A stretch of DNA of 64,000 nt from NCBI GenBank assembly GCA_043228905.1, contig JBHGNT010000012.1:9734001-9798000 (forward strand), given 5' to 3'. A program made the position numbers and the translations under genes. This DNA is from Azolla caroliniana (taxonomy: Eukaryota; Plantae; Polypodiophyta). The notes under the pieces are model-generated. The model did no database searches, was not told the DNA's origin, and was given only the letters and a program-made list of their open reading frames with translations. Each line of letters begins with the position of its first letter. Positions within the stretch are counted from its first letter, which is position 1. This document shows, piece by piece, positions 26,736-37,196 of this stretch.

Positions 26736-27423
26736 TAAACGTTTTATACAACCAACTAATTAGCACTTCAACATCATTGAATATATATAAAAAAGAATTA
26801 CATATTAACCATACACATGATTAAATTCGGAGAAGAAAGAATAGAAAAAACAAGAATGATTACCGAAGTTCCTTTGTTGATTGCTGTCTGGAACAAGGTC
26901 GACCGCACGTTGATCGATCACCATCCATCAAGAAGACAAAACCAACAAAAGAAACATTAGAACATGATCTCAGATACCAACTATTAGAGACATGAACTAA
27001 TGTAAGCATTAGATAAGGATAGAATATAGATAGATAGATAGAAAGCAGAGAGAGAAAGAAGGGTGCCGATCCACTCAACCACCCTCGAACGAAGGGATTG
27101 AGATGGACTCGTGCCTCGATCGACGTCCCATACCACCGCCGTAGCGTCGATTCATACCTGGTGCTGGCGCACTCACAACAAGAGTTGACCCACCACAAGA
27201 CAGAGTCTCGACGTAGTCAACAAGATGATCAAATGAGGGTAGCTACGCCTCTTATTTATAGTGATACCCAAGGCCCCCAAGCAAGTTCACACTTGGCCTA
27301 ATGGGTTGTCTCAATCCCGAGGACTAAAAGTAATCCTCCCCTTCTTTACACTCTCGTTTAGCCCTCACACTTATCCACGTGTATAGAATACTATGGTCAT
27401 GCCCATAACATGCCCATAACATC

Positions 27424-28003
27424 TGTTATCCCTTAGGCTGGACAAGCCCTAACACATGGTGTTCCTTAGACTACTGCCCCCATCGGAAAGTTGTTCCGTT
27501 TGGAATTCAAGTGCTTCTTCCGCGACCCTCCCCAACACTCTAGGAAAAGACCGATCTTGTCGGATCTCCTCAGCCGCATACTGGAAGGCTGCCCACCTTT
27601 GATGTGTTTTAGCAAGTCGTCTTCCTCGTTCGGTCACTTGGCCGTTAGTCAGTCGAGACATCCATCCCTCGGTGTTCTCTTGTCACTACACGAATCGTGG
27701 TCGCCAAAGACGGTGTTATCCATTAGGCCGGACAAGCCCTAACACATGGTGTCCCTTAGACTACTAGCCCTACCGGAAAGTTGTTCCGTTTGGAACTAAA
27801 GTGCTTCTTCCGCAACCCTCCCAAGCACTCTGGGAAAAGACCGATTTTGTCGGATCTCCTCGGCCGCATACTAGAAGGCTACCCGCCTTTGCTGTCTTTC
27901 GGCAAGTCTTCTTCCTCCTTCGGTAACTTAGTCATTAGTCGGTCGAGACATCCATCCCCAAGTGTTCTCTTCTCACTACACGAATCGTGGTCGCCAAAGA
28001 CTG
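27424..28003 (-). repeat. 290-bp tandem units of G1 (42-bp LTR end, PBS, leader); a third leader is at 20992-21242
   Basis: TGTTATC at 27424, 27714, 28004; PBS TGGCGACCACGA at 27985-27996, 27695-27706, 21221-21232. Confidence 0.9.
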
Positions 28004-28463
28004 TGTTATCCCTTAGGCTGGACAAGCCCTAACACAGGGTGTCCCTATGGAACACTTCAACAAAGGTGGTACGGGGAGATATGGATAGACCGTAGTATCG
28101 AATGGGTCTTAACTGGTTACTAACCGACACTCTGAATTAGTCGTAACATACGCGTAAGATTAATTATATTAAGCACAGGACGGTAACCAGATAGACACTA
28201 AACATATGTAAACAACAACACTTCTATTAATTATCCGTTATTGATTACATTCTTGTCGTGTCCTTTTATAGGTCTCCGAATGAGTTACAAACCGGTGCCA
28301 ACCGGCAACCGACAACGATTTGGTCCGGATCCGAATCAGCATACCGATTCTAGGTCTGTCCGTCCGCTTCTCATAATACTTATTAATTCTCACAATAACA
28401 TAATACTTATTAATTTCAACTCCCTATTCCTAATTAAATACCCCTTTTTCATTCTAGACTCTA
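28004..28463 (-). repeat. G1 5' LTR (U3 end truncated by about 28 bp)
   Basis: Homologous to 35846-36281; joins the tRNA-Leu array through TCTA microhomology. Confidence 0.85.
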
Positions 28464-28542
28464 CGGCCCTGTTTTTGAGAAGAATAATGTAATAATTGTT
28501 CCCTGAAAAGTTTGGAAATGCTAGATTGCTTCAATCCACTAA

Positions 28543-28628
28543 TGACAACTGCAGGATTTGAACCCACACCCATTCAAATTGTAGCCTAAATCCAACACCT
28601 TTCACCACTTGGCCAAAGCCAAATGGTC
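28543..28628 (-). pseudogene. tRNA-Leu(TAG) pseudogene
   Basis: Degenerate array copy. Confidence 0.75.
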
Positions 28629-28837
28629 AATATGTTGACTACATCAAGAATTTCACTCTTGATAAAAGTGCAAAAGAGTGTTAAAACAAAAAGTGATAAT
28701 TTAAGTGTTCTCAATTTAGGTCGTTCGGCAAAAGTTTTAATCACATCAATGTGCAATGCAAGCACTACGTCTAAGAAGGAATACAAGAATAATGTAGAAG
28801 TTATTTTATGAAATGCTAGATTATTTCAATTCGCTAA

Positions 28838-28917
28838 TGACAACTATGGGATTCGAACCATCGCCATTTCCAAATAGAGCGTAAAGCGAATGCCTTAAAC
28901 CACTTGGACACATTGTC
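28838..28917 (-). pseudogene. tRNA-Leu-derived pseudogene
   Basis: Heavily substituted copy. Confidence 0.7.
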
Positions 28918-29167
28918 AATGTGTTTATGACATCAACAGAAATACATCATTGATAAAATTGCATAAGAGTGTAAAAAAGATAGTAATATTTGAAGTGGTG
29001 TCAATTTAAGTGGGTGGGCAACAATGTTAAGCACACAATGTGTAATGCAAGCACTAGGTCAAAGAAAGAATATGTTTAATGTTTTGTACGGCCTTGTTTT
29101 GGAGAAGAATACCGTAATAATTGTTCCATGAAAAGTTTGGTAATAACGGATTGTTTCAATCCACTAA

Positions 29168-29247
29168 TGATAACTGTGGGATTTGAACCCACACCCTTTT
29201 GTATTGGAACCTAAATCCAACGCCTTAGACCAATCGCCCAAATTGTC
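29168..29247 (-). pseudogene. tRNA-Leu(TAG) pseudogene
   Basis: Intact T-arm; substitutions in D-arm and acceptor. Confidence 0.75.
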
Positions 29248-29511
29248 GATGGATTGACATCAAGAAAAGAACCGCACATTTAATAAAATTGCAAAAGAGT
29301 GTTAAAATGGAACTAGGCAACAATGTTAAGCATATCAATGTGCAATGCAAGCACTAGATCTAAGAAGGAACGTGTTTAAAGTTTTCTAGCGCCCTATCTT
29401 GTACAAGAATAGCATATGTTTAATGTTTTCTAGCGCCCTATTTTGTACAAGAATAACGTAGTAGTTATTTCATGAAATGTTTGGTAATGCTAAATAATTT
29501 TAATTCACTAA

Positions 29512-29582
29512 TGACAACTGTGGGATTTGAACCCTCGCCCTTTCGAATTGGAGCCTAAATCCAACCACTCGGCCAAATTGTC
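29512..29582 (-). pseudogene. tRNA-Leu(TAG) pseudogene, D-arm deletion
   Basis: About 9 nt missing. Confidence 0.75.
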
Positions 29583-29833
29583 ACTGTGTTGATGACATCA
29601 AAATAGGTGCACACTTGCGAAAGTTGCAAAAGAGTGTTAAAAAAGAGAGAGATATTTGAAGTGGTGTCAATTTCAGTGGGTCGACAACAATGTTAAGCAC
29701 AGAATGTGTAATGCAAGCACTAAGTGGAAGAAAGAATATGTTTAAAGTTTTCTATGGCCCTGTTTCAGAGAAGCATAACGTAATAGTTGTTCCGTGAAAA
29801 TTGTGGTAATGCTAGATTGTTTCAATCCAAGAA

Positions 29834-29913
29834 TGACAACTGTGGGATTTGAACCCATGCGCTTTTGTATTGGAGCTTAAATCCTAAGCCTTACACCACA
29901 CGACCAAATTGTC
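29834..29913 (-). pseudogene. tRNA-Leu-derived pseudogene
   Basis: Degenerate array copy. Confidence 0.7.
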
Positions 29914-30150
29914 GATGGGTTGACAACATCAAAATAAGTACATCATTGATAAAATAGCATAAGAGTGCAAAAAAACCAAGTGATATTTGAAGTGGTGTCA
30001 ATTTCAATGGGTGGGCAACAATGTTTAATGCAAACACTAGGTCGAAGACAAAATATATTTAAAGTTTTCTATGCCCCGGTTTTGGAGAAGAATAATGTAA
30101 TAGTTGTTCCATGGAAAGTTTGGTAATGCTAGATTGTTTCAATCCACTAA

Positions 30151-30215
30151 TGACAACGGTGTGATTTGAACCCACGCCTTTTCATATCGGAGCTTAAATC
30201 CAACGCCAAATTGTC
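30151..30215 (-). pseudogene. tRNA-Leu-derived pseudogene, D-arm deleted
   Basis: Degenerate array copy. Confidence 0.7.
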
Positions 30216-30635
30216 GATGAGTTGATGACATCAAAAAAACTACACACTTGAGACAGTTGTAAAAGAGTGTTAAAAAAGAGAGTGACATTTTCATTGGGCA
30301 ACAATGTTAAAATGGAGAGTGTTAAAATGCCCTTTGGGATTGGAGCCTAAATCCAACGCCTTAGACCACTCGGCCAAATTGTCATTGAGTCGATGACATC
30401 AAAACAAGTGCACACTTGATAAACTTCTAAAAGGGTGTTAAAAAAGAGAGTGATATTTTTAGTGGTGTCAATTTCGGTGGCTGGGGAACAATGTGAAGCA
30501 CATCAATGTGCAATACAGGCACTAGGTCGAAGAAAGGACACACTTAAAAGTTTTTATGGACCTCTTTTGTACAAGGATAACATAGTAGTTATTTCATGAA
30601 ATGTTTGGTAATTCTAGATTTTTTCAATTCTCTAA

Positions 30636-30721
30636 TAACAACTGTTGGATTGGAGAGTGTTAAAATGCCCTTTCGGATTGGAGCCTAAATCCAACGCCTT
30701 AGACCACTCGGCCAAATTGTC
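30636..30721 (-). pseudogene. tRNA-Leu(TAG) pseudogene with disrupted T-arm
   Basis: 5' two-thirds intact; T-arm replaced by GGAGAGTGTTAAAAT (plus strand), also seen at the partial copy 30329-30383. Confidence 0.75.
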
Positions 30722-30973
30722 GATGGGTTGATGATATCAAAGGAAGTGTACACTTAAATAAAGTGGCAAAAGAGTAATAAAAAAGAGAGTGATATTTTTA
30801 GTGGTGTCAATTTAGGTCACTGTGCAACATTGTTAAGCATATCAATGTGCAATGCAAGCACTAGATCGAAGAAGGAATATGTTTGAGTTTTTGTGGCGCC
30901 CTATTTTCTACAAGAATAACGTAGTAGTTATGTCGTGAAATTTTCTGTAATGCTAAATATTTTAATTTACTAA

Positions 30974-31053
30974 TGACATCTGTGGGATTCCCATCCACGT
31001 CCTTTCGAATTGGAGCCTAAATCCAATGCCTTAGACCACTCGACCAAATTGTT
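30974..31053 (-). pseudogene. tRNA-Leu(TAG) pseudogene
   Basis: B-box decayed. Confidence 0.72.
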
Positions 31054-31305
31054 AACGTGTTGATGACATCAAAAGAAGTACAACATTGATAAAATCGCAA
31101 AATCGTGTTAAAAAAGAGAGTTATATTTTAAGTGGTGTCAATTTAGGTCAATGGGCAAGAATGTTCAGCACATCAACGTGCAATGCAAGTATTAGATCCA
31201 AGAAAGGACTTGCTTACAATTTTTTATGGCCCTTTTTTGTACCAGAATAACATATTTGTTATTTCATGAAAAGTTTGGTAATGCTAAATTTTTTCAATTC
31301 TCTAA

Positions 31306-31386
31306 TGACAATTGTGGGATTTGAACCCACGCCCTCGTCGGATTGGAGCCTAAATCCAACGCCTTAGACCACTCGGCCAAATTGTC
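31306..31386 (-). tRNA. tRNA-Leu(TAG), fully foldable copy
   Basis: GACAATT/AATTGTC acceptor; GCC/GGC D-stem; TTGGA-TTTAGGC-TCCAA anticodon arm; variable arm; GTGGG-TTCAAAT-CCCAC T-arm; A and B boxes intact. Confidence 0.85.
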
Positions 31387-31602
31387 ATGGTGTTGATGAC
31401 ATCAAAACAAGTACACACTTGATAATGTTTCAAAAGAGTGTTAAGAAAGAGAGTGATATTTTAAGTGGTGTCAATTTCGGTGTCTGGGCAACAATGTTAA
31501 GCACATCAATGTGCAATGCAAGTACTAGGTCGAAGAAAGGACACAATTAAAAAAATTTATGGCCCTCTTTTGTACATGGATAACATAGTAGTTATTTCGT
31601 GA

Positions 31603-32099
31603 GGGCCCAGGAGAATGGTTTTGGGCAAACTCGAGGGTCCGAGAGATTCTGTTGTGACTCGGATGGTGCTAAGAGGAATAACAACATGTCTTCGTTAGTA
31701 TGGTTACCTTGCAAAATAATGTTGGAGAGGGCCTGAACCAGTTGGCTGATTGGCGATGTGGGCTGATGTTCTTCAATTTGTTGTTCTAGAAATTCTGGAT
31801 TCACAGAGTTTGTGTGGTCGTTGTTGTTGTTGTGATGCATCGTGGCATGTGTTTTTGGGGTCGTGAGTTAGGGCGGCTTTGCCCGTCTACTCCACCAAGA
31901 TGTGAAATGCTCTCAAAATAGCTCCGGGCTTTCCATTATGTTCTAAGTTACATCTTATATGCTACTCTTAGCGTGGTGGGTGTTTTCCTGCTCCTATTAG
32001 CACTTCTAATTATGGGGGCTTGCTGGGGCCCTAATTTGGGTGTGGTCAATGTGACCCTTGTTAGGTGGGGCCTTGGATAGGATCTGTGGTAATACCACA
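31603..32099 (-). mobile_element. Truncated LTR element (199-bp LTR, PBS-like site, gag start) joining the His and Leu arrays
   Basis: LTR 31901-32099 TGTGG..TCACA; TGGTGGAGTAGACGGGCA (Ala-like, only 8 nt firm); ORF 31592-31840 ending PRVCPKPFS; inverted copy at 60494-60990. Confidence 0.7.
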
Positions 32100-32245
32100 A
32101 TATGTTATATAGAGTGTAACTAGGAATTTATGCATGAGACCTGGAAAGGCAGTACTTAATGGTTACAACTCCATGTTGCGGTTGTGAAAACTTGGTTCCA
32201 ATTTGGAAACACAAACTCCGTGGTCGTAGTTTAGTGGTTAGAATT
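32100..32245 (+). repeat. Remnant of the tRNA-His array (one relic plus the 5' part of tRNA-His at 32220-32245)
   Basis: GTGGTCGTAGTTTAGTGGTTAGAATT; inverted match to 60348-60493. Confidence 0.8.
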
Positions 32246-32933
32246 GAGCGATTGGGTAGGATCAATCAGTGAGATGAAGAGCTGGTGAGTCGGCCGCGCT
32301 TTCCCCATGTAAGGAATCAAGGAGACAGTTCATGCACAAAGAAAAAGGGAAAAGGAAGATGACAGATTGGTGGCGAAGTGCGTGAGCCGGAGAGCTACGC
32401 AGAGGCGGAAAAAGCCGCGAATTGGCGCGTTGCAATGGAGGAAGAGATACGGCCACTCGATGCCAACGATACATGGGACCTGGTTGACCCTCCCCAACAT
32501 TGCAAACCGATCGGTTTCAAGTGGGTGTAAAAGGTGAAGTATAATGTTGACAATTTGGTCAACAGATACAAGGCCTGGTTAGTGGCCAAGCAATTCGTGT
32601 ACACCCATGGAATCGACTATGACGAGACCTTTGCTCCGGTAGTGAAGCTGACGACAGTTCGTGTGGTGCTGGCAGTTGTCGTGACAAGGGGTTGGCATCT
32701 TCACCAGATGGATGTGAAGAATGCATTTCTTCAAGGTGACCTCGAAGAGCGGGTGTACATGATCTAGCCCCCTGGGTTTCGGTCAAAGATGAACAAGTCG
32801 ACACTCTGCCGACTAAAGCAAGCCCCCTTCACTTGGAATTCAAAAATCACGCACCGGTTGCATAACATGGGGTTTGCAGCCTTGATGTCAAACTCTTCAC
32901 TGTTCATCCAGAAAGGTCCAAATGGTCCGATAT
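32246..32933 (+). pseudogene. pol: Copia RT fragment related to C2
   Basis: [29 protein letters not shown]. Confidence 0.88.
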
Positions 32934-33991
32934 TGTCACGGACACACGAAGCGCGAACTAGGAAGAAGCACATATGACGGGGCTACGAGCGACGGATGAA
33001 CTTGGAGCTAGATGTAACAAGGCTAGGAATGCTAGATGTTGTGAGTGACATGAGGGCGTGAAGACAGAAATAAAGATCAAGGAGATAAAGATGAGGCGAA
33101 ATGCGAATACTAGATAGATGTATCGATGACAGGTGTTGAAAACCTTGAAAGGGACCAAGGAGGTTACAAATATTTATAGATGTTCTGAGATTGAATATCT
33201 CTAGAATATACTCGAGAAACATCTCTAGAATATACTCATCTAGAATATGTCGTAAAATATTTCTAGAATATACTACTGAGTAGAATATTTTGATTCTGAA
33301 ATGTATTATATGCTAGACTATAGAATACTAAACCATTATATACAAATGCATGCTCATATCAAAATGGTAGAACATGACATCTTGTAGCTATGAGGGTGCA
33401 TGTTCAATCTTCACTAACTACGTATTTACCGAATTCGTTGTGTCGTGACATTATCTTGCCCTTTTCGGCTGGCTTTTTGAAAGCGTGGTGTAGGGGTGGA
33501 TGGGAATTGGAACATGAACAACAGCAGGCATGAGCGACCATGTTGGTTCTCACAAGGATCCGGAACACGAACAATAGCTGGAGTGAGCGACCATGTGTTG
33601 TCCTCGCCGGAGATTGGAACACGAATACCAACGGGCATGAGTGACGATGTGCGGTTGTCACAAGGAACACGAACACCAACGGGCATGAGAGACCATGTCA
33701 GTCCTTGCCGATAGTTGGAACACGAACTCCAATGGGCGTGAGAGACCATGCGGCCCTCACTGAGAATTGGAACACGAAGTGACCATGCAGCCCTCACTGA
33801 GAACTGAACACGAACTGGCGTGAGTGACCATGTGTGGCCCTCATCGAGAACTAGAATGTGAGTGACCATCTGTGGTCCTCATCAAAAACACAAAAGGGCA
33901 TGAGCGACCATGTGTCCCTGACCAACTGTAGAACACAAATGGACGTGAGCGACCATGCGGCCATCACCGAGAACTGAACACGAACGAGCGT
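32934..33991 (-). mobile_element. 3' LTR (32934-33450), PPT and non-coding tandem-repeat interior of a Tcn1-related, probably non-autonomous element
   Basis: TGTCACG..CGTGACA ends; PPT-like GAAAAGGGCAAGATAA resembles that of 48325-54259; TCTAGAATA repeats; ~40-55-bp GAACACGAA..GACCATG repeats 33500-33990. Confidence 0.7.
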
Positions 33992-35462
33992 TGTTACCAG
34001 CTGGCAAGAAGGCTTAAGGAGGTCCAAACCAGAGTGTGAAAAGGAATAGTTTATTCGGGAACTTTTGTAATTAGTAGTCTGAATATATGAGAAGATGTGG
34101 ATGGACGGACCGGAATCAGTATGCCGATCCGGATCCGGACCGATCCCGAAATGGTGCCGGTTGGCACCGTTTTGTATTTCGCACCGGAGACCTATATAAA
34201 GGCCCGGTTACAATGTACTCGGGAGCGGATAATTAATATAACCTATTGCCTTAATCTTTCAGTATTGATTACCGTTCTGTACTCATTGTTATATCTTATG
34301 CATGTTAATGATGTGTCGTTAAGTAATCGATTAAGGTCTAATTAAGCGTTGTGCCGTGAGTTATCTTGCCGTAACACCCTTTGGTGAAGTGTCTTAAGTG
34401 GACACCCTGTGTTAGGCTGTTGTCCGGCCCTAGGATTAACACAATTTTTGGCGACTACGATTCCTGCACAATTGCAGTGAACAACGGCCGGAATGGATGA
34501 CTAGGCCAACAGACGACCCGGTTACGGAGAGAGTACGAAGACTTGCTGAACGACGAAGGTGGCGAGAGGCTTTCTAGCAAGCAACGGAAGAAATCTGATT
34601 GGATTGATCATTTTCCACAGTGATCCAGAAAGTGGCGGAGGAGTCGCTCCGTTTGCAACAAGACGCCTACCCGGACGAAGGAAGCAGCTTAAGCAACCTC
34701 CGGGAAGCGGAATCCCTTCTCCAGGCCTTGGCCGGAAGAGACGGCGAATCCGAAGCATTTTCAGCGCTGGAATCGGATTCGGAAGGGGGTTACAGTGCGC
34801 ACACGAACTATCGCAGTAGTAACGACACCCCAAGAGGACCGGAGGACGAGGAGTCGGATACAGTACCGACACCGGAACTAGAGTTGGCAGACCAGGAACC
34901 TCCGGCACTAGACGTGGAGCAACCTCCGGAGACGGAAGAAGACAATGAAAGACCTCCGACACCGGAAGTTGAGCCGGCAACAGCAAGGGAAGACCGACAA
35001 AGAACTCTGACGCCGATGGAACAGAAGGAATGACCACCGACACCGGACGACGACATGCCATTCCAGTACTCCAAGTATAGGGATGACCCGGACGCAGAGG
35101 CTCATGTTCACGCGTTCCAGCAAACGTGGGAGGCGAACCATGTGTTACAACGGTTAACCGTGGCCGAAGAGGAACGATCTAAGATAGACGAATTCGGCGT
35201 GACATTGGAAGGACCGGCCGCTAGATGGCACCGGACACAGGACCCCAGCACCATCACCACCTTTGCAGACTTGAAAGAAAAATTCTTGCACTTCTTTCAA
35301 AAGGAGGTGGACCAGAGAGAAATGGAGGGCCTATTCTATACCATTTGGTAGGACCCAGAGGAGAGCGTCCCGCAATTTGTCATCCGGTTTCAACAGATGC
35401 ACAGTCAGCTTACCCGCGCACCTCCGGAGGAAGAAACACGGGCTATATTTTTAGCCACGCTC
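33992..35462 (+). mobile_element. G5: 5' fragment of a G1-related Gypsy (LTR 33992-34441, PBS, gag)
   Basis: TGTT..AACA LTR homologous (inverted) to 62946-63406; PBS TGGCGACTACGA 34449-34460; gag MPFQYSKY..FGVTLEGPAARW. Confidence 0.87.
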
Positions 35463-35845
35463 CGGGTGTTGGGAGACAGGTCCCTCCGAATGGGAAGGGA
35501 GAAGAACAGTGCCAATGAACAAACTTGGCCGAGGCCGATAGGCATGGTAGAGGATGAATGTCACTTGCTCTTCACATGCTCGACATATAGTGCAATTCAT
35601 TCAAGATATGTTGACATATTAAGAGGGAGTGATAACTTAAGATCCATCCTTAAGACACCACCTAGAAGGTTGAGCTCATATGTGTATGTTTTATTAACAC
35701 ATAGAGACTTTGTGCTTCAACATATGAATACCCCTTCTTAGCAAGGAGACATATAACAAGAACACATGTATACTCTGGTCCCATAGGTCAAATTTGGCCT
35801 CTTTATGGATGATAAAAATTCTAATTCTAATTCTAATTCTAATTC
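35463..35845 (+). mobile_element. 3' end of a 5'-truncated non-LTR retrotransposon with (AATTCT)n tail
   Basis: EDECHLLFTC C-terminal knuckle motif of LINE ORF2; stop at 35741; ~75-nt UTR; hexamer tail 35817-35845. Confidence 0.7.
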
Positions 35846-36283
35846 ACCAAAGGGTGGTACAGGGAGATATGGATAGACTGTAGTATCGAATGGGTCTTAA
35901 CCGGTTACTAACCGACACTCTTAATTAGTTGTAACACACGCGTAAGATTAATTTTATATTAAGCACAAGATGGTAACCAGATAGACACTAAACATACATA
36001 AACAACAACACTTCTATTAATTATCCGTCGTTGATTACATTCTTGCCGGGTCCTTTTATAGGTCTCCGACAAAGTTACAAACCGGTGCCAACCGGCAACC
36101 GGCAACGCTCCGGTCCAGATCCGAATCGGCATACCGATTCTGGGTCCGTCTGTTTGCTTCTCATAATACTGATTAATTCTCAAAATAACATAATACTTAT
36201 TAATTTCAACTCCCTATTCCTAATTAAATTGCCCTTTTACATTCTAGATTCTAACTGGTCCTTTTGCTTTGCCGGCCAACACA

Positions 36284-36323
36284 TGGCACGCCTGTGGGAT
36301 AGTACATTGTACGTCGAACCCAC
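36284..36323 (-). promoter_or_regulatory. tRNA-Arg(UCU) 3'-end mimic (antisense PBS) at the PPT position of G3
   Basis: Element sense GTGGGTTCGA-C-GTAC AAT GTAC-T-ATCCCACAGGCGTGCCA, then TG, then LTR TGTTGG. Confidence 0.75.
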
Positions 36324-37196
36324 GGTTCACCCCTGATCACTCGTCTGTCAAAATGTCTAGAATGCTTTGGTCCAAGGGTTCTACAGGTTCTTCGGGTAGT
36401 TGCTCCGCTTGTTGTTGTGGTTGTTGTTGTTGTTTCTCTCCGGCCTGCTCCACCTCTCCTGCTTTCATCCCTTTCGGCTCCAGTCCCTTCCAGGCTTCCA
36501 TCTCCGGCTTATCTGTTCTAGGCTCCTCTTGCTCCTGTTGTCCGGCTTGCACTTGCTCTTTCGGGTCAGCTACCTTCGGCTGCTCCTCTTGAGCTACTTT
36601 TGTCTGGCTTTCTCTAGTCTCAACTGCATTTGGCGTCTACTCCAGAGATTTCTCTTCATCACTACTCTTAATTGCCGTCGTTCTTCTAGGCTCCATTTGC
36701 TGTCTCCGCTCTCGTTCGTAACGTTCCAACAAGAGTTGGGTATCCAGTTGTTCCAGCAGTCGGCCCACCTCCACTAGTTGCTCTCCAGCCAAGGATAGGA
36801 AGTCATCCGATAACTCCTCCCGTATGGTCACAACACTTTCCACGTCAAGTTTGTAGAAGTTATTTCCGTCCTTTTGCCAGTTCTCCGCATCCGCTCGCAA
36901 GACCTGTAACTCGGCTGCCTGCTTTGCCCATTTGGACCACCACTATAATGAACTTTCTTCAACTAACTTCTTCCTTTAATCCCTCCATGTCAGTACAATA
37001 TCTCGAATACGGTCAAGTCCCATCTTTGACCTCTCCTCTGCAGCCTTCTTTTCATCCTTTAATTTCTTTATGAGGATTGAGGTTACCTCCGCTTGCCCAT
37101 TATATTGCATCAATTGCGTCTGATAAGTCATCTGAACTCTGTTCAAAGCCATCTTTGCTCGTTCCATCTCCTCATGATACTTCCAGATAAGCTCCA

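Larger units (their letters stand above)
21243..27421 (-). mobile_element. G4: degenerate plant chromovirus (Met-i primed) inserted at a G1 LTR-end/PBS junction
   Basis: LTRs 21243-21699 and 26982-27410 (plus an 11-bp terminal duplication to 27421); TSD TGTGT/TCTGT; PBS TGGTATCTGAG near 26969-26979; PPT AAAGAGGGGGGAG near 21702-21714. Confidence 0.9.
1..28463 (-). mobile_element. G1: degenerate non-chromoviral Ty3/Gypsy (Athila/Tat-related) LTR retrotransposon, interrupted by three insertions; 3' end lies left of the window
   Basis: 5' LTR 28004-28463 and PBS, then gag, PR, RT, RH, INT on the minus strand. The integrase reads continuously across insertions at 273-527 and 593-15820 when compared with the homologous G3 segment 44970-45310. 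Confidence 0.85.
28464..31602 (-). repeat. Tandem array of ~330-bp units, each with a tRNA-Leu(TAG) copy (10 copies)
   Basis: Copies at 28543-28628, 28838-28917, 29168-29247, 29512-29582, 29834-29913, 30151-30215, 30329-30383, 30636-30721, 30974-31053, 31306-31386. Confidence 0.92.

Noticed and set aside
28464-31602. CRISPR-like or repeat-spacer array
   Set aside because: Spacers are homologous to each other, repeats are tRNA-derived, there are no cas genes and the context is eukaryotic.
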